Shown one piece after another: positions 37,976 through 49,944 of a DNA stretch of 64,000 nucleotides (positions within the stretch are counted from its first letter, which is position 1; every line of letters starts with the position of its first letter). A program made the translations under genes and the position numbers. Origin of the DNA: Octopus sinensis (Eukaryota); NCBI RefSeq assembly GCF_006345805.1, contig NC_043013.1, positions 42,160,001 through 42,224,000 on the forward strand. Reading direction: 5' to 3'. The notes under the pieces are model-generated. The model was not told where the DNA came from. It worked only from the letters and a program-made list of their open reading frames with translations, and did no database searches.

Positions 37976-39231
37976 GTTGTCTTCTCCTCTCATCTCTGGT
38001 GACACTAGCCATTCTGTTGTCATGTTGTTTCGTCCTCTGCATTCAGGATTTAGATTTTGGCCTTCAAAAAACAGTAACTCGTTCAGGGGTCTCCATAAAT
38101 CTCTTAATACCATGGTTCTGTACCTTGTACAGGAAAAAGTTTTTGGTGTGGGTGGGGTGTTATGGCAGTGCAGCAGTTTTCCATTGCTTACAAGTTTCCC
38201 CCTTTCTTCATGTTACCATTGTTGTCTAAGAGAAAGTCAAGGACCAACACATTATAGCACCAGTGTTGTCAAAGATGCCATCTGGATACAAAGAGCTGGA
38301 ACAGATGCCCCGAGCCATCTCATTCAATGCTCTAATCCCAATTCTTAATCCCACATGTCAACCTTATTTTTTTATTGCCCACAAGGGGATAACCATAGAG
38401 AGGACAAACAAGGAACTTTGTTTATTGACCCTGAAAGGGTGAAAGACAAATTTGGCATTAGTGGAATTTGAACTCAAAACAAAGAACCAGCTACATGGCA
38501 TCTCATCCAACATTCTAAAAATTTCGGTAGTTTGCTGCTGCACTGCAATCTGCTGTTTTGTTGGATTGGTACTTTATTAACCCCAAAAGGGCAAAATGCA
38601 AAGCTGACAGCAGTGTGATTTGAACCTGAAGCAAAGGGATTCAGAACAAATAATGCAATGCATTCTAACCAATGTTCCTGAATTTAAAAATTTTAAAAGT
38701 GTGTGTGTGTGTGTAATGGGTTTCTTTCAGTTTCTATCTACCAAATCCACTCCCAAGACTTTGGCCAGCCCGAGGCTATAGTAGAAGACGCTTGCCCAAG
38801 GTGCCACGCAATGGGACTGAACCCACAACCATGTGGTTGGTTTAGGGTTAGGGTGGGACTGAACCTGGAACCATGTGGTTGGGAAGGAAGCTTCTTACCA
38901 CACAACCACACCTACATAATACAGTGAGGCCAGTTGTTTATATAATAATAATAAACAAAGTCTATTCATTTTCTTTAAATACCTGTCTGGGTTAACTTGT
39001 GTTCATTTTGTGTATTTGACATTGAAGATCTTATCTGTAACTACTTCCAGTGTCTGTGATGCTGTATGCTATACACAACAGTATATAGCAACAGTACAGG
39101 TATTCTATTCTAGTCTTACGTTGCCTGTGGATAGATGTCTGCTTCAAATCTTATCTGGATCAACTCAACCGTTTTCCTCATTCTCCAAGATTGATGAACT
39201 AAATATCAGATCTACTAAGACAATTTGGTGA

Positions 39232-39700
39232 TTGCAGTACTGCTGCTGCTGCTGGTGTTGTTGTTGTTGGTGGTGGTGTGGTGGTGGTGGTGGTGTTGGT
39301 GGGGGTGGTGGCGGTGGCGGCTGCTGCTGCTGCTACTGCTGGTATGGTGTTAGAGGTGGTAGAGATGGTAGTAGTGATAATGATGGTACTGCTGCTGTTG
39401 CCGATGGTGCGGGATAGAGGAAGCCCTGCTGTGGTACTGGTGGTGGTTGCTACTGCAATGGAGGTGGTGGATGCTGTGACAGTGTTGGTGGTGTTCGCAG
39501 TAGTGGTGGTGGTGGTGGCGGTGGCGGTGGTGGTGGTGGCGGTAATTGTTGAGCTTAGCTCAGTACCAGTCAAGTAGATCTTGTGACCTGCATTACATCC
39601 ATGCTGACGATTAAAGCAACAGTGGCTATTGCAGTTGCTGCTGTGGTAGTAGTGGTGGTGGTGGTGGTGGTGGTGGTGGTGGTGGTGGTGGTGGCAGTAG
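39232..39700. repeat. (GGT/GCT/GTT)n low-complexity trinucleotide tract
   Basis: Direct observation; source of the poly-T/poly-V/poly-G ORFs. Confidence 0.85.
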
Positions 39701-40033
39701 TGTCGGGTATAGAAGTGTAGAAGTAACTGGGTAGTTTAGTTTTAGAGTTTCAACAATTTATGGTATCGTTATCATTCAGGGCTGTGGGTCTGTCAGGATC
39801 TTTTATTTCCGTCATTACTTCTTTTCTATGACCCTAGGCATTTGGTCTGTTGGGGCTATAGTAGAAAACACTTACGTAAAAGATGTTGTGCAGTGGGACA
39901 AAAGGCATGACCACATGGTTGAGAAGCAAGCTTGCCTGCACTTATTGTGTGTATATTCATGTGTGTATTTATAAACCCTTTTGTCTCCATAAAAAGAGGC
40001 AAAATTGATTTCTTGTTGTGTGTGTATATATAT

Positions 40034-40068
<35 letters not shown>

Positions 40069-40864
40069 GATAGGCGCAAGAGTGGCTGTGTGGTAAGTAG
40101 CTTGCTTACCAACCACATGGTTCCGGGTTCATTCCCACTGCGTGGCACCTTGGGCAAGTGTCTTCTACTATAGCCTCGAGCCGACCAAAGCCTTGTGAGT
40201 GGATTTGGTAGACGGAGACTGAAAGAATCCCATCGCATATATGTATGTGTGTGTATATGTTTGTGTGTCTGTGTTTGCCCCCCCCCCCCCAACATCGCTT
40301 GACAACCGATGGTGGTCTGTTTACGTCCCCATAAAAGAGACCAATAGAATAAGTACTAGGCTTCCAAAGAATAAATCCCGGGGTCAATTTGCTTGACTAA
40401 AGGCAGTGCTCCAGCATGGCCACAGTCATATGACTGAAACAAGTAAAAGAGTAAAAGAGTATACAACAAATAACCACCAAGAGTGTAGGCTCGAAACGTT
40501 AAAGACTTTCTCGCTTCCCAAGCATTATACTAATACATCTGTTTGTTGTCTACACCACCTGTCTGCGTATTTTTTTTTTTTTGTGAATTCTCCCTGTATA
40601 TATAAATATATACATGTATGTATATATGTATATATATATATATATGTATAGACAGACAGGGAGAGAGGGGTATTTGTGCTTGTGTTTATTTTGTGATTCA
40701 AAAAATACATAACATTGCTCAATAAACCACAATACATCAGTTACTGTTTTTTTTTTTGTTTGTTTGTTTTGTTTTTTGTAACATTAGAGTTCAAAGATCT
40801 GCATAAAATCAATCAGTACCCTCGTTTATCATTTACCAGTTTGGAAACCTTTTATTGCACTTAC

Positions 40865-41023
40865 CTTTATGGGAAAACCATAATGGTCCTACTTTTCTAT
40901 TCCCCTTTCCCTAAACGTTCTAGGTTTGCTTTATATTATCCTTGTATGAGGGGTTAATATTTTTTCAAGCCATCCCAGTGCCTCAACTGGGAATAGAATA
41001 TGCATTAGTACCAAGATTGGTGG
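40865..41023 (-). other. Candidate non-coding exon (159 nt)
   Basis: Acceptor ttattttacag| and consensus donor aag|gtaagt; unique sequence; stops in all frames. Confidence 0.5.
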
Positions 41024-41130
41024 CTGTAAAATAATTGGAGAAGCTAAGAGAAATCATTTGATATTCTCTTTATCGTATCATATATCATTGGAAATATCTT
41101 TAAATTTGATATTCTCTATCTTATCTTATT

Positions 41131-41161
<31 letters not shown>

Positions 41162-43107
41162 TATATATATCATTGAAGGTATTGCTATCATATATGTATG
41201 TGTGTGTATATATATATATATATGTGTATATATACATATATATGTGTGTGTATATGTATATATAAATATATACATGTATGTATATATGTATATATGTATA
41301 TATATATATATGTGTATATATGTGTATATATACATATATGTGTGTGTGTATATGTGTATATATACATATATATGTGTGTGTATATATATATGTGTATATA
41401 TGTGTATATATGTATATATGTATACATGCGCACACATAAACACACATATACCTACACACACACACACACACACCATTGAAAATATCTCCAAAATATCTCA
41501 TCATTCAAAATATATCTAAATTTACATGAGATTAAAACTAAAAAGAGATATTCCTAGAAACTAATACTCGTATAAAGTAACTGTGGGTTTTTCTTCCTTC
41601 TTTAATCTCATCCTTCATATAATGCAAATGATACATCAGATTTATTTATTCATTTCTCTCTGTGTATGTGCATCTACGTGCCTATGTGTGTGTGTGTGTG
41701 TTCTGTATTCGTGTAGTTATTCTATTTACTATTGTTTAGAGAACATGTCACGATGACCCAGAGAATATATTCCAGATTGTCTGATGCTTGGCAGTCGCAA
41801 AAAAAAGTTCCTCCTGTCTTACGTCTCCCATCTTTAGATACAAATGATCAAAATGTATTCCAAGCTCTGCCCCACGCAGGTTTGAACCAATCACTTCATG
41901 ATACAGAAACATTTGTCACTCCCGTATGTGTCTTTATGTCTGCGTTTGTACTCCACCATCGCTTGATGACTGGTGTTGGTGTGTTTACATCCCTGTAACT
42001 TAGCTGTTTGACAATAGGAACTGATAGAACAAGCACCAGGCTTATAAGAATAGGTACTGAAGTTGATTTGTTTGACTATAAGCCTTCAAGGCAGTGCCCC
42101 AGCATGGCCACAGTTTAACCCTTTTGTTACCGTATTTCTGTTGAGATGCTCTGTGTTTCTTTCAGTTAAATTTAAATATAACCAAGTATTTAGTAAAATA
42201 ACTTAGTTATCATTAACCACTAAGCCATGCACCCTCACAGGATGGAGCTTAACCTGGTTTTTGTGGCATATAAGTAACTGAGATTACAATAACTGTCCCT
42301 GGATGGGATGCTAGCCTATTCACAGGGTTATCTTCCCAACTGTTGGTGGAGCTCATTTATAGCTGAATGGACTGGAGTAATGTGAAATGAAGTGTCTTGC
42401 TCAAGGATACAATATACCAATTGGTCTGGGGGCTGAGATCACGGTTGTAAGATCTCAAGTGCAACACCCTGACCACTAGGCCGCCAGGCGAGGTGGCTTG
42501 CATGACATTCTTTATTTCTAATCCTTTCTTTTACTTTTTTCAGTTATTTAACCCTTTCAATACCTACCCGGCCGAAACTGCCTCTGGCTCTGTAGTACAA
42601 ACATCTTGTTTTCAATGTACAGGTGTGAATTGATTTCATTTGGTCCATAATCATAAGGTCATGAGATCAATTCACACCTGCACATTGTGTCCTTGAGCAA
42701 GACACTTTAATGACTCTTTATTTCATGTTGCTCCAATCCACTCGGCTGGCAAAAAATACAAGTTGTACCTGTATTTCAAAGGGTCAGCCTTGTCATGTTC
42801 TGTGCCATGCTGAATCTCCCTGGGAACTACATTAAGGGTACACATGTCTGTGGAATGCTCAACCACTTGCATGTTAATTTCACAAGCAGGCTCTTCTATT
42901 GATCAGATCAACTAGAACACTTATCACCACAACCGATGGATTGAGTGCCACAAAGCTCCAGGCTTATGTGTCCTTGGGCTCATGAAACACCTAACTACCG
43001 ATTGCAATAGGTTTTATCTCATTTCTTCTGTTACTTTTACATCTAAGGTTGACTAACCACTATGTCTTCTATTACGGGGTGGAAGAATTAAGCAATGATG
43101 TGTATAA

Positions 43108-43674
43108 ATGCATTGTAATTACGAGTTTTGAATATGCCAGTGGCGTATTCAAACTTGTAAACAAGTCATTCCCGTTTTATCACAGAGAAAATTTCTCGCT
43201 GTAGAAAGAATTACACCATTTGTCTACAGCAAGAAATTTTCACTTGTTTCAATCATTAGACTGCAGCCATGTTGAAGCACTGCCTTGAAGAAATTTTCAT
43301 CAAATGAATCGACCCCAGGACATTTTTTTTTTAAAGCCAGTGGCATGTAAAAAGCACTCACTACACTCACGGAGTGGTTGGCGTTAGGAAGGGCATCCAG
43401 CTGTAGAAACACTGCCAGATCAGACTGGAGCCTGGTGCAGCCTCCTGGCTTCCCAGACCCGGGTCGAACCGTCCAACCCATGCTAGCATGGAAAACGGAC
43501 GTTAAACGATGACGACGATGATGATACTGATGAAAGCCTGGTACTTATTCTATCAGTCTTTAAATTACACCATTAGTCTATGACGAGGAATTTTCTACGT
43601 GACAAAACAAAGAATGGCTTGCTTACACATTCGAATGCGCCACTGGCATATTCGAATTGGTAATTACATTGCAT
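43108..43674. mobile_element. Fold-back element (~95-bp diverged inverted arms) with nested SINE insertions
   Basis: 43108-43205 aligns to the reverse complement of 43577-43674 (shared gaatatgccagtggcg.attc). The central insert 43221-43562 is flanked by the 12-bp direct repeat aattacaccatt (43209-43220, 43563-43574). Confidence 0.8.
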
Positions 43675-43817
43675 ACTGTGTTTCTTATCAATAGCTGTGT
43701 TCTTTTTTTTATTTAATGCCTTACTCGGACAGGACATGTGTTCTGCCGATAAGGGTGTTGGACTCAAACCTGTTAGAGTACAAGTTAAATTCTCAGCCCA
43801 ACTTGAGTGTTGAGGTC

Positions 43818-44056
43818 TTAACTTTTTAGCATTTAAACCAGCCGATATCCAGCCAAAATATTTTACATGTACTGTGTTCAAACTGGCCAGATCCAACATC
43901 TCACGTCCACCCTACAATGCCTTTCTAAAAACAAGCAATGACATCATCAAAATCTTGAAGCTGTGAGTGAATTACATGATGCATGATTAATTCAAAACAA
44001 TGTGAATAAATTAGCATCTCATTTGGCAGAATCATTAATCTGAATGTTAAAGGGTT
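43818..44056. mobile_element. piggyBac-type MITE (TTAA/CCCTTT..AAAGGG/TTAA family)
   Basis: ttaactttttagcattt...gaatgttaaagggttca. Related copies at 33833-34038, 35955-36172 and 46562-47018; a second TTAA-bounded family at 42116-42210, 58690-58892 and 60355-60556. Confidence 0.65.
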
Positions 44057-45195
44057 CAACAGGACGTTTCATTCTATACTGCTTCAGTCATTGGACTGTG
44101 GCCATGCTGGAGCACCACCTCGAAGGGTTTAGACGAACAAATTGACCCTGGTACTTCTTTTTAAGCTCGGCACTTCGTCTGTCACTCTCTTTCACTGAAC
44201 TGCTAAGTTATGGGGGGCATAAACAAACCAACACTAGTTGCCAAGATGTGGAGTGGGAAGGACAAACACAAACAGAAGACACACATATACATATATACAC
44301 ATACATGCATATATATATATATTATATATATACGTCCAGACATGCATACACACACACACACATGTGCATTTAATCCAACCCATGCCGCCAGCATGGTAAA
44401 TAGGATGTTAAATGAAGATGAGGAGAAGGATCAGACACACACACACACACAATAGACTTCCACACAGTTTCCACCTACCAAATTCACTCACAAAGCAAAA
44501 GTTGGCCCACCATTGGTGGTGGTGGGTGAGAGTCTACCACTGAGAAGATATTCCTGCAAGATAATTCCACTGCAATTGGGGTGGGGTGGGGTGAGGTGGG
44601 GAGGTGGGATGGAGATCGAACATGGTACCATATGATTGCAAACCAGACAGCTTAACTACCACAGCACTCGACTGTGCACCATAACCCTCTCTGCTACCAC
44701 CACCACCCCCACTTCTCTCTCTCCCCCCCTCCACCCCTCTCTCTGTCTTACCAATCAACCAACGAGAGCACTTGATTTAGTCTATAATAATAATACATAT
44801 ATATATATACATGCACATTGATATGGTATGTGTGTGTGTGTGTGTGTGTATTTCAGTAGACTGGAAGCAATTAATACAAGTTTCCTCTGTAAGCTAGCAT
44901 TTTTGCTTTCAAGTCCATTTAAAATGTGCTAACCAGTAATTAATGTCATGAAAGCATTCCATTATCTTCCATGTGTAGCAATCTCTTTTATTGGTTTCTT
45001 TTACTGGAATTATTATGATTTATTTTTGTTTGGTTTTTTTTTTTTTTTCTTTTGCTGCTGTTGTTGTAGTCTGTTGTTTTTTTTTTTTTTCTTCCATATT
45101 AGCAGGTCTATTTGGACTTTATTTTTACTTGATTCGTCTTCTTGCATTATATCATATTAAAAAAAAAAAAAAAAGAAAAAGATAATAGCCATGGT

Positions 45196-45242
<47 letters not shown>

Positions 45243-45570
45243 TAATAATAACAGCAACAGTTTTTGTTTCTTTGTGAAAATATTATGATGATGATGCTGC
45301 TGATGATGATGATGGTGAAATATCAATAATTAAAATAAAAAAAGTAATCATAAAAAACAAAGATGAGAATAATGCAACAGCTGTTGCTGCTAATGATGAT
45401 GATGATGATGATGATGGAGACAATGAAATGATGAGGATATGATGATGATGATGGTGATGATGATTTCTAAATTTGGCAAAGGGCCACAAATTTTTGCCAA
45501 CGCCAAAGTGTAATGATTATGATAATGATGATGATGATTATCATCATCATCATCATTGTGATCGTGGCAC

Positions 45571-45601
<31 letters not shown>

Positions 45602-45820
45602 TACTGTTATAATTATAATTATTATGATGATGAAAATGGCAACGAGGAGGGTGGAGGAGGAAGAATGGGAGGGTAATTAGAATAGGAACTATAATAGTTT
45701 CTTTGAAATTTATTTATTAGCGTATTTGATGATGATGGTGATGATGATGACGGCGATGACGGTAATAATTGATATAGTAATAACAATGCGAATAAAGATA
45801 GTGGAGGTGAAAGCAGCGGC

Positions 45821-45853
<33 letters not shown>

Positions 45854-46142
45854 TACATATTTGAGTAATTGGATATAATGATGGAGATGAAGAAGAGCGA
45901 CAAGAACAACAATCAAACACATGTTTATATATTAATATGCCAAAAAAAAAATTATAATACATACATACTTGTACATAGTAAGACTTATTAGTGATTTGTA
46001 ATATCAATGGTGGTGGTCGTGGTGGAGGCGGCGGTGGTGGTGACAAGGAAGGAAGTGAAAGAGAATAATAATTATACTTATAATTAAATATTTGCAAAAT
46101 TGAGGAGGAAGAGGATAAAGACTTCGCATGATAATTACTTAC

Positions 46143-46287
46143 TGATCCAAAATCTATAACGTAAGAAGATGGCTGTAGGTGCATGATAAGGCATATTGTT
46201 ATTCGATGGACGGATTGATTGATAATCCTGGTGGTTGGTGTCTGTCCTTGCCTCTTCTCCAGGTATGGTGGTTGGCTGTTGGATTCT
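46143..46287 (-). other. Candidate exon (145 nt), two open frames, product unrecognised
   Basis: Acceptor cttcttcacag|, donor tca|gtaagt. Frames RIQQPTTIPGEEARTDTNHQDYQSIRPSNNNMPYHAPTAIFLRYRFWI or ESNSQPPYLEKRQGQ...HLQPSSYVIDFGS. Confidence 0.3.
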
Positions 46288-46361
46288 CTGTGAAGAAGCT
46301 TCTATTGTTTCTTTGGCCCTTTCAGAGGTTTTGTTCTTAACCCCTTTTGCATTTTAGTATC

Positions 46362-46562
46362 TACAAGCGGGTGCTGAAAATGCCGAAAAGTTCCTGGCTT
46401 TAAGGAGTATTGCAAAGGCCCAACCTTCTAAGTTCTTTTACAGGGCTTAGAAAAACTGAAGGACCGCTGTAATAAGTGTGTGAACCTGAAAGGGGAATAT
46501 GTTCAATAATTGACAGATCCTCTGGTATTTTCTTTTATCCAAAGCCAGGAACTTTTCAACCC
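46362..46562 (+). mobile_element. Mariner-derived MITE
   Basis: TIRs gaaaagttcctggcttt / aaagccaggaactttt; encodes the transposase C-terminus GLEKLKDRCNKCVNLKGEYVQ*. Sister copies at 52973-53200 (TA-flanked), 59562-59790 (-) and 61228-61455 (-). Confidence 0.8.
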
Positions 46563-47381
46563 AAATATTCTACCTGTTCTATATTCACACTGGCCAGATC
46601 CAGCCTCTCTACCTACCCTACAATGTCATTCTAAAAATAAACATTAAGCATCATCAAAATCTCAAAGCTAGTTGTAAGAAACTCACAAGAGAGCTGAATA
46701 GCAGGGGGTCTTCAGAGAAGAAACCCCACTGAGACAAGTGTTTTGACACTTAACTTCTTACACTCTAAAGAGGCCAGGCTGCAACCAGGTCATGGCTCCT
46801 GGGAGCCCTTCTGCTGACACTTTTTAACCACTTGGATATTGGAGGCTTGTGCACTTAAGCCCCTTGGAGATTTCATCTTGTTGTAACACCTCTCTGTTAA
46901 CTCAGCTTTCAAACTTATACCTAAAGAAATAACATTGATTACGTATAAGCTACAAGGTAATGCACAATTAATTCAAAGCATTACATTCAACAGAGTAATC
47001 TGAATGCTAAAGGGTTTATGATCCTGTTAGGACCCTACAAAGCTCCCTTTTCTCAGTAAACTTCAGTTTTATCTATTTATCAAAAAGTAGTCCGGTACCA
47101 TTGACCACTTCATGTTTCCAGAGCCTTGGAGGCTGACAAGAGGGAGGGCATTTTCAGGTATCCTCAAACCAAAGACCTGTTTGAAGGACTTGAAATAAAG
47201 TAGACTCTGCTAAAGACACCCGAGGACCAAGTGGTGGTATTAGACAGAGAGAGAAAGGTATCCTCAAAGCAGAGTCCCTGCGACTAAGTGGACTTCATTA
47301 AAGCTTCCCGAGGAACTCCAGGCAGTTCCCTTCACAGCTTGACTAATTCTCTAAAGATTTTACTATTCTTTTGGTCTAGAC

Positions 47382-47667
47382 CAGCGGTTCCCAAACTGGA
47401 CGGTATTGCCCCTTGTGGGGTGGGGTGGGGACAGTGGAAAGTTCCAATGAGGCATTGAAGAAAAGTGGGTGATTATGGAGTAGTGATTCATGTAAAAATT
47501 TAAAAAATAATGGGTTCATTAGTTTAAGTTTTATTTTTAAAATACAGTTCCTTTGAATTTTCTTCAGAAAGAGGTCTATGTTTGTGATGGTTAGTTGGGG
47601 TGTGGGTGCTAGGAATGCAGCCTCGGTGTCAAGGGGGCAGCAACCTGAAAAAGTTTGGGAATCACTG
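47382..47667. mobile_element. hAT-Charlie-type MITE (286 bp) with a perfect 8-bp TSD
   Basis: TIRs cagcggttcccaaact / agtttgggaatcactg; TSD gtctagac at 47374-47381 and 47668-47675, matching the NTCTAGAN Charlie target. Confidence 0.9.
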
Positions 47668-49629
47668 GTCTAGACTGGTGTTTTGTATGTCAGTTTGGGA
47701 GGATGAAAGGCATAGTTGACCTTGGCGAGTTTTGAACCCAGAACAAATTGAACCAGAAGAAATGTTGCTAAACATTTTGTCTGACAGACTAACAATTCTG
47801 CCAGCTCTCCACCTTTTTAAATCCTAATTTTGGCACAATGCCAGCAATTTTGCAGGAAGGGAACAAAGTGATTCTATCAACTCCAGTACTCGACTGGTAC
47901 TTATCTTATAGATCCCTGAAAGAACGTAAATCAAAGTTAACCTCAGTGGAATTTGAACTCAGAACCTACCATAAAGCACTTTCTTTTCTAACTATTGTGC
48001 CATTCCAATAATAACAGTGATGATTTCAGTTGTATACCACAAGAGTGTTGAATGAAGGGGACATTGCAAAACCTGGCTACAATGTTACAATGTGGGGCGT
48101 TTTACATATAATCAAATATGGAAGGACAGAAGTGAAATAAAAAGTATACACAGTATACAAAGCATATGAATAGATTAATGATACAGTCTTCCTGACACTG
48201 GAGAGCCTTCAGCTTTTATTGACTGAATTATCTAAATAATTCTATAGCAAATCAATCTATTGAACTTATTGATAAACCTTTTAGTTATAATCATATCATT
48301 ATGAAAGTTTTTTTTTTTTTCCAATAAAAACATTGAAGAACGCAGGTATAGGTGTAACTGTGTGGTTAAGAACCTCGTTTTGCAACCATGTGGTTTCAGG
48401 TTCAGTCCCACTGTGAAGAACCCTGGGCAAATATCTCTTATTATATCTCTGGGTTGACCGATGCCTTGTGAGTGAATTTGGTAGACAGAAACTGTGTGGA
48501 AGCCCATCATGGATGTGTGTGTGTGTGTCTTTGTGTTTGTCCTCCCTCCACTGCTTGACTGCCGAGGTTGGTTTGTTTACATCCCTATCAATTAGTGGTT
48601 TGGCAATGGAAGCCAATAGAGTAAGCACTAGTCTTTAACTCTTTAGGAGACCCCCTTTGGTCATAAATGACCATGGGATTGCACCTAGAAAGTTACCCTC
48701 CCGGGCACAAGTCCAGGTAAGGTTGTTTATGGAAGGCCAGCAGTCGCCCATGCATACTGGGCTTCCCTCTCCATACCACTGATGTTATGCAAAGGAAAGC
48801 AAAAGCTGATACAGCTTAGCACCTGTGATGTTGCAACTCATTTCTACAGGTTTGCATCCCCATAATTAGCGGTTCGGCAAAAGAGATCAATAGAATAAGT
48901 ACTAGGCTTATACAGAATAAGTCGATAGGGTCGATTTGTTCGACTAAAGGCGGTGCTCCAGCATGGCTGCAGTCAAATGACTGAAAGAAATAAAAGAATA
49001 TATATATATAATGGCATATAAAAAAGCACCATTTGAGCGTGGCTGTTGCCAGTACCACCAGACTGGCCCTCGTGCCAGTGGCAGGTAAAAGTACCCACTA
49101 CACTCTCAGAGTGGTTGGCGTTAGGAAGGGCATCTAGCTGTAGAAACTCTGCCAGATCAGATTAGAGCCTGGTGCAGCCATCTGGTTCGCCAGTCCTCAG
49201 TCAAATCGTCCAACCCATTCTAGCATGGAAAGCAGATGTTAAACGATGATGATGATGGGTTTCTTTCAGTTTCCATCTACCAAATCCACTCGGAAAGCTC
49301 TGGTTGACTCAAGATTTAAGTAGAAGACACTTTCCATAGGTGCCATGCATTAAGACTGAACCTGAAACCAGGTGGTTGGGAAGCAAACTTCTTACCCCAC
49401 AACCATATCTGTACCATTAGTCAATAGTTCTTCCATATTTTTCTTTTTTCTTTTTCAACACTAGAATGTGATATGAGGGATATTTAGTTGCTATTTCTAG
49501 CAGGTCAATCAAACGATTTAGACTTCCTTGTAGGCTCTTGCAGTGAACTCTGTGCATTGATATGTGCAACCAGCAACCCTCATTGCACTGAAATCAATAC
49601 AAAATCTAGGTGTTTCCTTCCACTCATAC

Positions 49630-49887
49630 CTGTTTTTTTTTCCTGTTGTCTATGTTTTTTTTTGTTTGTCTGATTTTGTTTGTTGTTATTGTTGCTGTTG
49701 TTGCTTTTGTTGTTGTTCTGCATGTGATGTATCACAGCAGGCGGTTTTTGAATGATTCAGTGATTATGTTGCTTCAGTGCAGTAATTGCAGCAACTGCAC
49801 GTCTTCTCCTCTGCCGCCGCCATCGCCAGCAGACAGCGTGTGCAGTCACAACAGCAATAGTGCAGTATGGATTAAAAGAGTTGATAG
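49630..49887 (-). other. Candidate 258-nt exon with short ORFs (5'-UTR-like or first coding exon)
   Basis: Very strong acceptor gtgactctttctctcctacctctccag| and donor cag|gtatga. CpG-rich core encodes MAAAEEKTCSCCNYCTEAT*; a later ATG gives MQNNNKSNNSNNNNKQNQTNKKKHRQQEKKT, open to the donor in phase 1. Confidence 0.45.
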
Positions 49888-49944
49888 CTGGAGAGGTAGG
49901 AGAGAAAGAGTCACAGAGATAGAGAGAGATTGTGTGTGTGCGTG

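Noticed and set aside
39199-39577. Thr-rich and Val-rich ORFs that look mucin-like or membrane-like
   Set aside because: They come from a (GGT/GCT)n low-complexity tract with no splice support.
46143-46184. 'VIDFGS' at a donor site, resembling the DYRK/HIPK kinase motif KVIDFGS
   Set aside because: The upstream residues (HLQPSSY) do not fit kinase subdomain VIb-VII, and no other kinase exon is present. Treated as coincidence.
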